IMG/VR virus record: IMGVR_UViG_3300023435_000005 | Span: 1-41,872 of that record | DNA length: 41,872 nucleotides | Strand: one strand, 5' to 3' | DNA from: a virus | Taxonomy: Duplodnaviria > Caudoviricetes | Part shown: positions 18,976-28,763 of the stretch, piece after piece | How positions within the stretch are numbered: position 1 is the first letter of the stretch | How the letters are laid out: each line of letters begins with the position of its first letter | Position numbers and translations under genes: made by a program | Notes under the pieces: model-generated | Database searches by the model: none | Told to the model about the DNA's origin: nothing | Seen by the model: the letters and a program-made list of their open reading frames with translations, nothing else

Positions 18976-19673
18976 TGCCTCTGCACGTCAATTGGTACAA
19001 ACGGCGCATCATCTTGTTTAGACAAGTCCTGATTAGCCGTAATCACTAATTCATCAAACAATGCCTTCATCTCTAATGCCTTATTATGCCATGCCGGCCT
19101 TAGATGTGAAAACATCATAAACAGTCTATAAGCTGCATAAAATACCGGCGCTTCATGCCAGCCATCTTTATACTCAGGCACGTGAGTGTCGTCAGTCATC
19201 TTTACCGGCCACATAAAACCGTCTATTCTAATAGTTTTATCAGCAGTCCCGCAGATCGGCCATGTACCGATTCTGAAACCAGTATAAGCAGAAGGTATTG
19301 CCCCTCGTGTTTTTCCGCCTATGTTTCTTAACCAATAATGAGAAGGCGTACTATAAGATTTAGTTTTAGGAAGATTAGTATAGCCTCCCGGAAAAGGGGT
19401 CAGCGGTTCACCTACTTCAGAAGAAGAAAGAACGTATCTCACCTGGTACGGAAGTTTTAAATATTGAAGCGCTGCCGCATCTGCCTCTGTATATTCAAAC
19501 TGATTAGCAACGGTCGTAACGTCAATAGTATCTTCAATGCATTCAGTTTTACGTACAAACTCAACACTGCCCCTGTTTAGGTAGTTTCCCAGCTTCGTTT
19601 CACTATACTGTGAATGATTTTGAAGTTCATGCAATAGATCCAGAGCATCCGTTTTCATCTCAAGGAACGTCAT
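18963..19673 (-). CDS. Head-tail adaptor (tubular protein A-like)
   Basis: MTFLEMK...YLNRG...WP...HEAPVFYAAY pattern; position. Confidence 0.75.
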   Translation of the reverse strand: MTFLEMKTDALDLLHELQNHSQYSETKLGNYLNRGSVEFVRKTECIEDTIDVTTVANQFEYTEADAAALQYLKLPYQVRYVLSSSEVGEPLTPFPGGYTNLPKTKSYSTPSHYWLRNIGGKTRGAIPSAYTGFRIGTWPICGTADKTIRIDGFMWPVKMTDDTHVPEYKDGWHEAPVFYAAYRLFMMFSHLRPAWHNKALEMKALFDELVITANQDLSKQDDAPFVPIDVQRQWAY

Positions 19674-19686
19674 AGTATCTCCTTAA

Positions 19687-19708
19687 TAAAAGAGGGCCGA
19701 AGCCCTCT
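19687..19708 (-). terminator. Intrinsic terminator after the capsid/decoration genes
   Basis: Minus strand AGAGGGC-TTCG-GCCCTCT-TTTA; cUUCGg loop. Confidence 0.85.
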
Positions 19709-19710
19709 GA

Positions 19711-20475
19711 TTAAGCGTTAATGAATGCTTCGACGAACCCGGTTGTATCAGCGGCAACCGCCCTGCATGCCATAAGCGGGGAAGCCCCTATCTCATTAAT
19801 CTCTGTCTCGGCAAGACCCTGGACTGCTCCTGGTACCCCGGCGACCGGTGTTAATGCCTCATCAGCCACAATTGCAGCCGACGTACTATGACCGCACTTA
19901 ACAATCGGGACATAGCCCTTAGTCTGCATGTAACCAAAGTATGCGCTTGTCATGGTCTGCACCGCAACACCCCTGATTATCTCAGTGTCCGCATCTGTCA
20001 ATTCTACCAAAAACGGCTGGTGGATTAATAAAGCATCGCCGTCACCGAATATTTCCCCGGTAACCCCGTTCAAATTGATGTCAACTTCACCAGCGGCCGC
20101 AACCGCTTCGTGAGACTTAATCTGCACCGCACGCCCCAGGCCGGTTTCCGTAGCTATTGAAATCCAATAACCGGCATACTGGTTTTTTGTCCATGCAGAA
20201 GTAGTTGTGTCTACATGAATCACGGTGGCCGTTGCAGTAGTCGCTCCGTCAACAACGGTCGATGTGTCCCAAACCGCCCGGGCAATATCAGTTATTACAT
20301 CGCCCTTTACAACGGCTTCGTTAAATTTGACATACCGGAACTCATTGCCCAATACATCTTTAATTAATGTTCCTAATGGTAATTTCTGTGCTGCATGGTT
20401 AGCGGTCATACCGTCAATAGCAGGAATAGCCGGATACCCTGAAAAATCACCATAGCCTGAAAATCTGTTACTCAT
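19711..20475 (-). CDS. Capsid decoration/cement-like protein
   Basis: PLGT...GNEFRYVKF...GVAV...YFGYMQTKG; directly after MCP. Confidence 0.65.
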   Translation of the reverse strand: MSNRFSGYGDFSGYPAIPAIDGMTANHAAQKLPLGTLIKDVLGNEFRYVKFNEAVVKGDVITDIARAVWDTSTVVDGATTATATVIHVDTTTSAWTKNQYAGYWISIATETGLGRAVQIKSHEAVAAAGEVDINLNGVTGEIFGDGDALLIHQPFLVELTDADTEIIRGVAVQTMTSAYFGYMQTKGYVPIVKCGHSTSAAIVADEALTPVAGVPGAVQGLAETEINEIGASPLMACRAVAADTTGFVEAFINA

Positions 20476-20487
20476 AATATCCTCCTA

Positions 20488-21459
20488 TTAACTTGCGCCT
20501 AAGCTGGTGAACTTTTGAAAATGCCTGCGGCTCTTAATACCCAGCTGACCTGTCCATGTAATCTGACCTACTCTTGCCATCTGATTGGCAGGTTTTACAA
20601 ATCCTGAAAACTTAAAATCATTATCAGGATGGACATACAGTTTCATAAAATTAGTATTAAGAACGTACATATGATAGTCAGCACACTTTTCGTCTGCCAC
20701 TATCGGCACTCCACGATATTGAATTACACTAAATCCGCTCTGTGCGATTCTCGTACCACGTTCGCCCAATTGCTCATATTTAGCCTGGGCCTGTAAAACG
20801 GCCTCAATCATACCGAATACAGTCCATGTAGTAATTATAAGATTTGGGCCGGAACCATTATGGGTACAATTTGCAAAAGCATCTGACAACAGCGTCAATA
20901 TATAACTTGTTGAACTTGCTGTTTTAAGATCAGCTCTTGTGTGGCCTGTGGTGTTAACTGTAGAAACCCACCAGGTAAAATCTGTACCTGAAATCCCGCC
21001 GTATGTATTCGTGGTATTAATTGCTGAATCGAGTCCAACCAGACCATCTTCATCTTCTCCGGTAAAAATATCATCACCTAACTGATCTTTCATATCCAGT
21101 TCAGCTGATTCCATTTCTGACTCTAACAACGACATGACCGCTGTTGGCCCGGATACTTTTAATTCATCTGTCTGAGCAAGCGAAAGAGTTACGAAATAGC
21201 TTCCCCATTCATACTTTGCTCTGGTCTTTTTTGTGCTCGGAGTTGTATCTATTGAACCGTACCCGCTATAGGTACCTTTGGCTGTATTCCCAGCGAACAA
21301 CACACCTTCAGTTATCCTTTCCCCGCCTCGAACCGTCATACGCCCATCTGAGCGCATAGTACTGAGGAAAGCAGAACTATCGTATGTATTGTCCGCAAAG
21401 CCAGGCATATACAGTTCTTGTACATGCGCCTGAATTGCATTATAATCTAAATCGGCCAT
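20488..21459 (-). CDS. Major capsid protein
   Basis: 323 aa after scaffold; GGERI, AKYEW, GLDSAI, YGGI, PNLIITT, YRGVPIVAD, MYVLNT. Confidence 0.85.
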   Translation of the reverse strand: MADLDYNAIQAHVQELYMPGFADNTYDSSAFLSTMRSDGRMTVRGGERITEGVLFAGNTAKGTYSGYGSIDTTPSTKKTRAKYEWGSYFVTLSLAQTDELKVSGPTAVMSLLESEMESAELDMKDQLGDDIFTGEDEDGLVGLDSAINTTNTYGGISGTDFTWWVSTVNTTGHTRADLKTASSTSYILTLLSDAFANCTHNGSGPNLIITTWTVFGMIEAVLQAQAKYEQLGERGTRIAQSGFSVIQYRGVPIVADEKCADYHMYVLNTNFMKLYVHPDNDFKFSGFVKPANQMARVGQITWTGQLGIKSRRHFQKFTSLGAS

Positions 21460-21474
21460 TGAAAGCCTCCATTG

Positions 21475-22230
21475 TTAAGTTCTATACAATGGCTCGGCCT
21501 GTCCTGCTGCTATTTTTTCTGCCAGTTCTTTGGAAGCGTCCGAGTATTTCCTATGTACCTTTTTCGCGGGAGGAAGTTCATCTCCTTTATCCGTGTCTAC
21601 AAAAGCAACATTGTTAATTTTATCGGAATGTTTCTGCTTCTTTTTGGTTTCAAACTCAACTCTGGACTTAATGATGTCGTCTTTATTCATTTCCAAATAA
21701 GCTGTTTCAAAATTCCAGATTCCTTTTTCATCGGCGTACTTCTGTACAGCAGCCCGGTCATATTTCACCCAGCCATCTTCTTCTTTGTAAGTCGCCTCAT
21801 ACTTCGCATGGTCAGACTCGTTGATCTGTCCATAAACGTAACCCTGCAATTTGGTGTTTTCAGCCTTAACAGCATTGATCTCATTTGATAATTCTTCCAG
21901 CTTTTTACTTGCCGCATCATCAATAAAATCATCATCTTTTTTCTGCTCTGAAGTAATCTTAACACCAACCTTGTCCAGCTCTGCTAAAAACGCCTTCTTG
22001 CCTTCTTCGCTTGCCGCGGCATTTTTAACATAGGTGTCCCATACACTTATTGCTTGTTTGAGACTGTCACGTTCATCTTCTACGGTTTTGAGTTTTGTCT
22101 GGCCTCCTTCAAAAGCGTATCCCTTTTCTGCTTGTTCTGCAAGCTTTTTAAGGTCATCCGGTTTTGATGGATCAAGCACCCTTTCCTTCTCTTCAAAGGT
22201 TAGATAAATCTTACCTTCTTCGATCTTCAT
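21475..22230 (-). CDS. Capsid scaffolding protein
   Basis: Charged helical protein between portal and MCP. Confidence 0.7.
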   Translation of the reverse strand: MKIEEGKIYLTFEEKERVLDPSKPDDLKKLAEQAEKGYAFEGGQTKLKTVEDERDSLKQAISVWDTYVKNAAASEEGKKAFLAELDKVGVKITSEQKKDDDFIDDAASKKLEELSNEINAVKAENTKLQGYVYGQINESDHAKYEATYKEEDGWVKYDRAAVQKYADEKGIWNFETAYLEMNKDDIIKSRVEFETKKKQKHSDKINNVAFVDTDKGDELPPAKKVHRKYSDASKELAEKIAAGQAEPLYRT

Positions 22231-22251
22231 GTAAGCTCCTTTACGTTCTAC

Positions 22252-22467
22252 TTACCCTGTTAATTTGTACCCGCGTTCTATTAATTTGGCGGTTTCTTCC
22301 GGTGTAAGCTCCCTGCGCTCTGCTCCTTTTTGTGCGTACACACAACTCATCAAGAGCTGCACAGCAGCCATAGACCAGGGTTTATTGACACCGCCTGAAT
22401 TTAATAAAGCCGCGTATTTATATAATTTATTCATATCTACGTGATATACCGTTCTGTTATTTGCCAT
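22252..22467 (-). CDS. Hypothetical protein
   Basis: Coupled to portal stop. Confidence 0.6.
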   Translation of the reverse strand: MANNRTVYHVDMNKLYKYAALLNSGGVNKPWSMAAVQLLMSCVYAQKGAERRELTPEETAKLIERGYKLTG

Positions 22468-24400
22468 CTTTATTCTTTTCCCTTTCTATCTCTAACTGAA
22501 GCGATAAAGCGATAAAGTTCTGTTTAAGATGCTGGAAATGTCCCTCAAGTTCAGTGTTTTGATCTTTCATCATTTTCAGGTTTTGCGTCAATATCTGACG
22601 TTCACCGTTTCTTTGAGTTACTTCATGCTTATCAGGATCATCAAGATTCTTTAATACCTGTTCTCTATCATAAACATTTTTTTCCAATAACTGAAGGGCC
22701 ATAGACAAACGTTCCTGCCGGGAAGTCTCTAACATAGCGTCTACATCTATCTTAATATCATAATAACCCATCGCCTCTTTGATCTTGGCCCACTCAACAA
22801 ACCCATATTTTTCCTTGTCATCAACTATTCTAAACTTCACATCTTCAGAAACAAAATCAATCATTAACTGCATCGCCGTTCTCCCGACGCTGCCAAGAGC
22901 TTCGGCATAGTGCTTAACAATCAGGTTAATCGGCTGCATGCCCTGACCCAATAATTGATTTACCGTAACTCCCGCGGGAGATCCTTTAGGAAGCTGACCG
23001 CTCATAATGTCTGTATGGTCCATTACCTCATCCATAAAATAACCAACCCAGTTTCTTTCTTCAAAGAACTGTGAGGGCATCTGTTCGCCGTAATCAATAG
23101 TAATATCATCTTTATGGCGCACAGGTATAGTCATCCCAATCCAATTGGAGAACTTAGATAGATTTCCACGTAATTTCTCATCAAATCCCTTAACAATCTT
23201 TTTAATACCATGGTTTAATCTATTGATGGATTGAGTAATTGAATTGACTCTATGGTTCAATATATCCTGCGGGTCAAACAGGTCTGCGTTACCCTGCTTC
23301 CCCCAATAACCGTCATCATAGTCATAATCCCATTTAACCAATAAGTCTCTAAAATCAATCCCTGTTTTCATCTCAGCGGCAATAGGGTTCGGCTTATCAA
23401 ACAATAAAGTTGTTTTAGTAAATACCGATTTACGCCCAAACGGATATTTTTTACGTGTAGTTGTTTGTGGATATACGCCGTGTTCTTCTATGTGTTTAGA
23501 CAACTGCACAATAAATACAGCATCTTCTACCGGGTCAAGAGAAGCTATAAATTTTTCATGGTCTTTTATATGTTTTGGATGATTTTCGTAAGGATGAACG
23601 TCTAATTCCGTACCCATAAGAAGATTGTCGTGTTCTGCGATTGTTTCTTCGATCCTATAAGGGATGTTCACAATTTCCTTATCATCCATCCACATCTCAT
23701 AAACCGTGGCACGTCCCATAATATCAGGCAGCCAATCACTTCCATCTTTAAACTTGGCTTGTTTAAATATTCTGGCCGGGGCTGTTTGGGCTGAAGAATG
23801 CTCGAAACTTGCTTCTGGATTTGGAGACATGATTTTCATGCTCTCGATTTCCATATCAGGCTCAACCTTTTTCCCGTATATCCTTTCTATGTCTTTAATA
23901 CACATCGGATAACGGACTCCCCAATACCTTAAATGCTTTTTCTTTTTAGCTTTAGGATCAAGGATCATTTCATCGGCTGTTCTCGGTATGGCATCGGGAA
24001 AACCATCATTTCGTACAACTATCTGGATATGTGAAGTGCCTGCGTCTCTGGCCTCTATAACGCTAAGTTCGCCCTTTTCATCCCACTCCATCTTATTCCA
24101 GACAACATTCATTATGTCCTGAAGGGCTTCTGCCGTAAATAAAGCACCTTCCTGAACAGGCATAAAGCGCCAACGCGGCTTTTTACTTACAATATGGGCT
24201 GTGCGATTGCGGGAAATCTGAGCAAACTTATTAAAAGCGTAGTTTCCAAGATTCTCATCACGGTGTTTTACTGCGTGATCACCCCTATAGTACCTTTTCG
24301 ACCGGTCACGTTTTCTTAAAACACCGGCATTCTTAATACCCCAGGTAGAGAAATCTACTAATTCAGTCAATTCAGCAACGTATGCAGCTTCATCCTTCAT
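22457..24400 (-). CDS. Portal protein
   Basis: 647 aa; YYRGDH, ILDPKA, DLFDPQDILN, YDIKIDV; position. Confidence 0.85.
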   Translation of the reverse strand: MKDEAAYVAELTELVDFSTWGIKNAGVLRKRDRSKRYYRGDHAVKHRDENLGNYAFNKFAQISRNRTAHIVSKKPRWRFMPVQEGALFTAEALQDIMNVVWNKMEWDEKGELSVIEARDAGTSHIQIVVRNDGFPDAIPRTADEMILDPKAKKKKHLRYWGVRYPMCIKDIERIYGKKVEPDMEIESMKIMSPNPEASFEHSSAQTAPARIFKQAKFKDGSDWLPDIMGRATVYEMWMDDKEIVNIPYRIEETIAEHDNLLMGTELDVHPYENHPKHIKDHEKFIASLDPVEDAVFIVQLSKHIEEHGVYPQTTTRKKYPFGRKSVFTKTTLLFDKPNPIAAEMKTGIDFRDLLVKWDYDYDDGYWGKQGNADLFDPQDILNHRVNSITQSINRLNHGIKKIVKGFDEKLRGNLSKFSNWIGMTIPVRHKDDITIDYGEQMPSQFFEERNWVGYFMDEVMDHTDIMSGQLPKGSPAGVTVNQLLGQGMQPINLIVKHYAEALGSVGRTAMQLMIDFVSEDVKFRIVDDKEKYGFVEWAKIKEAMGYYDIKIDVDAMLETSRQERLSMALQLLEKNVYDREQVLKNLDDPDKHEVTQRNGERQILTQNLKMMKDQNTELEGHFQHLKQNFIALSLQLEIEREKNKDGK

Positions 24401-24554
24401 ATTCTGGTTCCCGTCCTACAAAATCAGGAGCTTCGGTTAATTCTCCATCTATCGGCTTATTAAAAAATGCTTCTTTTTTCAACACTTTGGCCGTTATATA
24501 GACACATGCCAGGTTAGATAACGCTAAAATTAACAATGAAAGTAAAGTTATCAT
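24390..24554 (-). CDS. Small membrane-anchored protein, 54 aa (not in ORF track)
   Basis: MITLLSLLILALSNLACVYITAKV...; overlaps both neighbours. Confidence 0.6.
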   Translation of the reverse strand: MITLLSLLILALSNLACVYITAKVLKKEAFFNKPIDGELTEAPDFVGREPEYEG

Positions 24555-24829
24555 GCAAAAAGCTCTTTCTTTAATTCTCTGACTACATTAAACTTGTCAT
24601 TTGTGACCGGCATTACTATAGGAAATTTAAAAATATAGTCTTCACCCTTTTCAGCAAATACAATTTTCTTGGAAAAACAATAAGTATGCAAAGCTTCACG
24701 GATAAGTGTCTGCGTTTGCGGACCGAACACCTGTTTCATAGAGTTATTGCCAAGTCCTTCGAACTTCTCATCCAAAACAGACTTTATGCTGTTATAGATT
24801 ATTTGTTTATGTGAATGATTAAAGGTCAT
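24551..24829 (-). CDS. Hypothetical protein
   Basis: Coupled ORF in late operon. Confidence 0.6.
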   Translation of the reverse strand: MTFNHSHKQIIYNSIKSVLDEKFEGLGNNSMKQVFGPQTQTLIREALHTYCFSKKIVFAEKGEDYIFKFPIVMPVTNDKFNVVRELKKELFA

Positions 24830-25146
24830 TTTACCATCCTGTCAAATACTTTTTCGATAATTTCAGATTTATTCCTGTTAATAAAATCTTTCATTGCGTC
24901 ATGTTCGGTTAACCCATAGCCATACTCGCAGCCCAAAAGCTTGTTACCGTCTTTATCTTTAGGAACAGCGCGAACTATAGGATTTGCCGGGCATATTTCG
25001 CCTATATCAAAAGTCAGATCGTAATTAATAATTAGCGGTTTCTTTATGGGCGGTTTTTCAGCCGGAATAACTGGTGTTTCTTTTTTCTTAATGGGTTCTT
25101 TTTTTGGTATTTTATTTGGTAAATTAATCTTGGAAGGTTTAGGCAT
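24826..25146 (-). CDS. Hypothetical protein with Pro/Lys-rich N-terminus
   Basis: First ORF after the promoter at 25168-25196. Confidence 0.6.
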   Translation of the reverse strand: MPKPSKINLPNKIPKKEPIKKKETPVIPAEKPPIKKPLIINYDLTFDIGEICPANPIVRAVPKDKDGNKLLGCEYGYGLTEHDAMKDFINRNKSEIIEKVFDRMVK

Positions 25147-25167
25147 ATTTTACCCCTTTTTTGGGGT

Positions 25168-25220
25168 AATGTATAAACATCGTTTACAGTTGTCAAGTAA
25201 AAGTGTAAACGATGTTTACA
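25168..25220 (-). promoter_or_regulatory. Sigma70-type promoter for the portal-capsid-tail operon with two palindromic operators
   Basis: TTGACA (25196-25191)-17 nt-TACATT (25173-25168); TGTAAAC-N3-GTTTACA at 25204-25220 and a 1-mismatch copy at 25172-25188. Confidence 0.75.
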
Positions 25221-25241
25221 GTAGGGGGTAAAAAAAGGGGG

Positions 25242-25568
25242 TTAAATGTGGATTTTTTTGTCTTTATATTTGGGTTTATCCTTGTACCATCCTTTGTATT
25301 TCTTGCGCCATGACTTGCAGTCAAGCTTCTCAGCTTCCGGTTCTTCTGTTTTTTTAATTGAGTTCGCCATCAATAACATTTGAGAATTAGACGGCCTCTC
25401 CAATCCCCTGAGCTGTCCTAATCGTTCAGGAGAAAAGCGGCCAACTCCCGCTCTCTGCTGATACAATATCTCTTCAGCCCTTATTTTACACTGCTCTCTG
25501 TATGGATCTTTTGGAAGCGGCGCTCCTTGATATGATCCAAATAGAAGTCCTATTAAATCTCCAAACAT
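25242..25568 (-). CDS. Hypothetical protein
   Basis: ORF with RBS GGGAG. Confidence 0.6.
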   Translation of the reverse strand: MFGDLIGLLFGSYQGAPLPKDPYREQCKIRAEEILYQQRAGVGRFSPERLGQLRGLERPSNSQMLLMANSIKKTEEPEAEKLDCKSWRKKYKGWYKDKPKYKDKKIHI

Positions 25569-25608
25569 TTATATCTCCCTTTTCTAAGCAGTAAGTTTTC
25601 TAAAGAAA

Positions 25609-25857
25609 TCACGTCTTCTCATCGAATCCATCCATCTTAACAGATATTACTAAGTTGTTACCCATACGCTCCATTGAGATCATTTTCATTACCTGTATAG
25701 ACAAGCTTGCAACCATTGTTGAAACTTCAGATTCTAACTTTTTCTTTGCTTCTTCGATCTGCTCATTCATTACTTCTTTTAACCGCGTCTCAACGGCCAT
25801 TTTTATTATATCCAAAAAAGCATCATCGTTTACTGTAGTTATTGCCATATCATACAT
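25609..25857 (-). CDS. Hypothetical coiled-coil protein
   Basis: ORF in operon orientation. Confidence 0.6.
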   Translation of the reverse strand: MYDMAITTVNDDAFLDIIKMAVETRLKEVMNEQIEEAKKKLESEVSTMVASLSIQVMKMISMERMGNNLVISVKMDGFDEKT

Positions 25858-26062
25858 CCCTCTTTAAAACAATTATCCTGCTATCAACATCAATCCATTG
25901 AACATTATACTCTTTATGTTTATTTAGTATTTCCTGAATTATACCTGGTATCAAACGGTCTCTGGGATTTAAACATAAGGCATTTGGTATGCTGTAATTG
26001 TCCCGTACTTTGTAGGCAAACTTGTACATCATGTCATAACTTATATGTATTACTTTAAACAT
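25850..26062 (-). CDS. Hypothetical protein
   Basis: Directly follows TerL. Confidence 0.55.
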   Translation of the reverse strand: MFKVIHISYDMMYKFAYKVRDNYSIPNALCLNPRDRLIPGIIQEILNKHKEYNVQWIDVDSRIIVLKRDV

Positions 26063-26063
26063 A

Positions 26064-27818
26064 TCAAAAATCCCTTACCGGGTTAAAACCTCTATCATCG
26101 TCATCGTCCCAGTCAATATCTAACTCAACACCGTCTGAAGAATACATCTTTGGTCTGTTGCCGGCAGGATCATCATACGCCCTTACGAATGAGTCTGCCT
26201 CGAAATCTTCGACAAAAGCGCCTACGCGGCCTTCGTTCTCCATCATGTGGTCATCTTTATCAACTGGTTTATTTTTTATTTTATCATGTTCCCTTACAGC
26301 CATACCCTTATAAGTCGGATAGTGCCAGTTCCTTCTTTCAAAGCGAGTTCTTGTTAAGTCGCTGAATAACATCAATCTTGGATGAGCGTCCGGGTATTTA
26401 TTTAAAACGGCGCTTGGATTAACTAAGCTTGTTACTTTTTCTTCATCGGTTACTTTTTCATGTGTTAAGCTCAAAAGATGGCCTATTCTTAAAGTATTAG
26501 CCGTTCTGTCTTTACTTCCCTTCATTGGGTATAATCCCAAATCCATAAGCTGATCAGCCACACACTTTTCTTCAGGTCTGAGTTGTTCAGTATTCCATAT
26601 CCAGGGATCGGCTAAAAAGAAATCATGCTTACGGCCGATCTGCATTTCTCCCATTTCTATAAAGTATTTAATCGATTCTATCGTCCCGTTTTCAAAAAAC
26701 TCCGCGACTTCATAACAATTAGGCATTCCTTTTATCAAAGGATGAAACAGACCATCATAGTCAATCCACCACCACATTCCGGAATGTTCCATTTGAGGAT
26801 GCGGGTCCAGGGCCAGAATCAACACACCCTTGTCTTTTGGTATCTCAAATCTCTCAATAACCCATGGGGCTTCATCGCGGGCCATTTTATAAACATTACC
26901 GCCCTTGCGCACCCGTTTACCTTTCAATCTTATATCTATATCAGTCTGGTCTACACATAAATCCAGAACCTCGTCTATCGCTTCCTGAGTAATTGTAGGA
27001 TTTTCATCTGTTGCCATTTCAATCATAAATACTTTATCGCTGCCTTTTTCAGCAGGAACAAATATCTTTTCCTCTGTCCAGCTTACACCTTCAATCGCAG
27101 TGGCCCCGTATAACATCTTGCCCCGGTTAGAGATAGTACGCATTGCATTCTCAGCCCAATAGTTTTCTTCGAGCTCCTCATCCACATAAATTGTGTCCCT
27201 GGCCGCACCGCCATGAGCTTTTAACGGCATACCGTGAGTGAGAAACTCTACAAAGCTGCCCTTGGCCTCCGAGTCCTTCTTCCAGGTGATAATACGTTTA
27301 TTCTGATTGGCGTAAGCAATATCATCCAGCATACTCTTAGTGGCCCACTTCTCGATTTCAGGCCCGATAATGTTTTCTACATAATTCGAGTAATCGATCG
27401 CCACAACCCGTATAGCCTGTTTGGGGTTTTTAATCCACTGCTTATTATCTAATAACTTTTTACAATGGTCCCTTACCTTTGGGTCAAAAGCATTCTCGGA
27501 AAGTGTTTCAAGGTTGTTTCTCTGAAGCGGGTGCCAGCCTTCGGCCCTCATTACAATATCAACACAATTTGTAGCCGTTTTGCCGGACCTGTTTCCGCCA
27601 GAAATAGCTTTTGTTTTATGGGGCTGTAAAAAGTAGCTTAATTCTTTGGGGTTGGGATCGTATAAATATCTTGCCTGTGCAGCCTGCCATGCCCACAACT
27701 GACGAATAATAGTTTCCTGTTTCTCCCTGGTAAGCTTGGCAAATTCACCATTAGCTTCTATCCTTCTGATCTCGCGTATCTGATCAACAGGACGTTCTTT
27801 TTCTAAATACCAGTACAT
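26064..27818 (-). CDS. terL: Terminase large subunit
   Basis: Walker A GGNRSGKT, Walker B IYVDEE, motif III GAT, nuclease LALDPH, ADP, DDHMME. Confidence 0.92.
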   Translation of the reverse strand: MYWYLEKERPVDQIREIRRIEANGEFAKLTREKQETIIRQLWAWQAAQARYLYDPNPKELSYFLQPHKTKAISGGNRSGKTATNCVDIVMRAEGWHPLQRNNLETLSENAFDPKVRDHCKKLLDNKQWIKNPKQAIRVVAIDYSNYVENIIGPEIEKWATKSMLDDIAYANQNKRIITWKKDSEAKGSFVEFLTHGMPLKAHGGAARDTIYVDEELEENYWAENAMRTISNRGKMLYGATAIEGVSWTEEKIFVPAEKGSDKVFMIEMATDENPTITQEAIDEVLDLCVDQTDIDIRLKGKRVRKGGNVYKMARDEAPWVIERFEIPKDKGVLILALDPHPQMEHSGMWWWIDYDGLFHPLIKGMPNCYEVAEFFENGTIESIKYFIEMGEMQIGRKHDFFLADPWIWNTEQLRPEEKCVADQLMDLGLYPMKGSKDRTANTLRIGHLLSLTHEKVTDEEKVTSLVNPSAVLNKYPDAHPRLMLFSDLTRTRFERRNWHYPTYKGMAVREHDKIKNKPVDKDDHMMENEGRVGAFVEDFEADSFVRAYDDPAGNRPKMYSSDGVELDIDWDDDDDRGFNPVRDF

Positions 27819-28159
27819 CTAACCCTGCACTGTCCCGCCGTCTGCATCAGTCCTGATTCTCTGCGCCTAAGGTCTTTTACTAAAACACCATCAATTCTAT
27901 CATTATCATCTGCCGCATACGCCAATCCAGTTTCAATGTTAATATAAACAATACTTCCAGCATAAAGCTCTTCAGCAGCTACGATTTCCCTAAATTTATT
28001 TCTAACATAGTCGAGATCAAATTGATTCGAAGCAGAACCTTCGTCACGCCACCATTCATAAGATGCATCTGATATAGATTCCTGCGCCAGCACCTGCGGA
28101 GCAAGGGCCAGCACACCAGCACCTATGCCTAATTTCCTGAAGAACTCACGTCTTTGCAC
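27803..28159 (-). CDS. Twin-arginine (Tat) signal protein with a capsid-cement-like C-terminal domain; GTG start at 28159
   Basis: RBS GGAGG before GTG; MQRREFFRKLGIGAGVLALAPQVLA|Q; AEELYAGSIVYI...GLAYAA...DGVL...MQTAG. Confidence 0.65.
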   Translation of the reverse strand: MQRREFFRKLGIGAGVLALAPQVLAQESISDASYEWWRDEGSASNQFDLDYVRNKFREIVAAEELYAGSIVYINIETGLAYAADDNDRIDGVLVKDLRRRESGLMQTAGQCRVRCTGI

Positions 28160-28178
28160 GTATCCTCCCCTTGGTACA

Positions 28179-28433
28179 TCATATCCCCATCGTGTGCTGT
28201 ATATCAATCAAAGCATCCCTGATCATAAGTTTAATGTGTGGATTATTTTTCATTAATTCTCTTTTTGAGCGTCCGCCATCATACCGGAAACGGGATGTAT
28301 CTAATTGGTTAAAGGTTAATTTGTACTTATGACCGCCTTTAACATAAAATCTGGCACACCACCCACAAATATTATCAAATACTATACCGGAAAACTTACA
28401 CTTACTTCTTCTGAATTTTAATAATCTTACCAT
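28179..28433 (-). CDS. Hypothetical protein
   Basis: RBS GGAGG. Confidence 0.55.
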   Translation of the reverse strand: MVRLLKFRRSKCKFSGIVFDNICGWCARFYVKGGHKYKLTFNQLDTSRFRYDGGRSKRELMKNNPHIKLMIRDALIDIQHTMGI

Positions 28434-28463
28434 CCAAAAACGCCTCCAATAATTTTTTCTTTG

Positions 28464-28763
28464 TCATAATAAACCCTTCTTAAATTGTTCAACATTTTTA
28501 TCTTCCAGCATATATATATTATCAAGAGCGCACCCGTCATTACCAATAATCTTAAATCCATTTACTCTCAATTCTTTCGCCTTTTCGAAGACATAAATTT
28601 TAGAAGCACCGCACTCCTTACACACCTGGAGATGGCCGACCTCCTTAGCTAATTCAGAATACTTAATAGAATGCATGTGAATACTGTGAGTCTCGGGTTT
28701 ATAGTTTGCCTGGGCCTTAGATTTATTTATAAAATTATGAATAACGTCTAATAACTTATTCAA
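28464..28763 (-). CDS. Hypothetical protein
   Basis: Coupled ORF; CKEC. Confidence 0.6.
   Translation of the reverse strand: MNKLLDVIHNFINKSKAQANYKPETHSIHMHSIKYSELAKEVGHLQVCKECGASKIYVFEKAKELRVNGFKIIGNDGCALDNIYMLEDKNVEQFKKGLL

Noticed and set aside
6463-27452. Many + strand and alternate-frame ORFs overlapping the structural genes (e.g. 7034-7285, 13170-13646, 21472-21888, 26625-26960)
   Set aside because: They are antisense or off-frame shadows of long, motif-supported genes with no recognisable features
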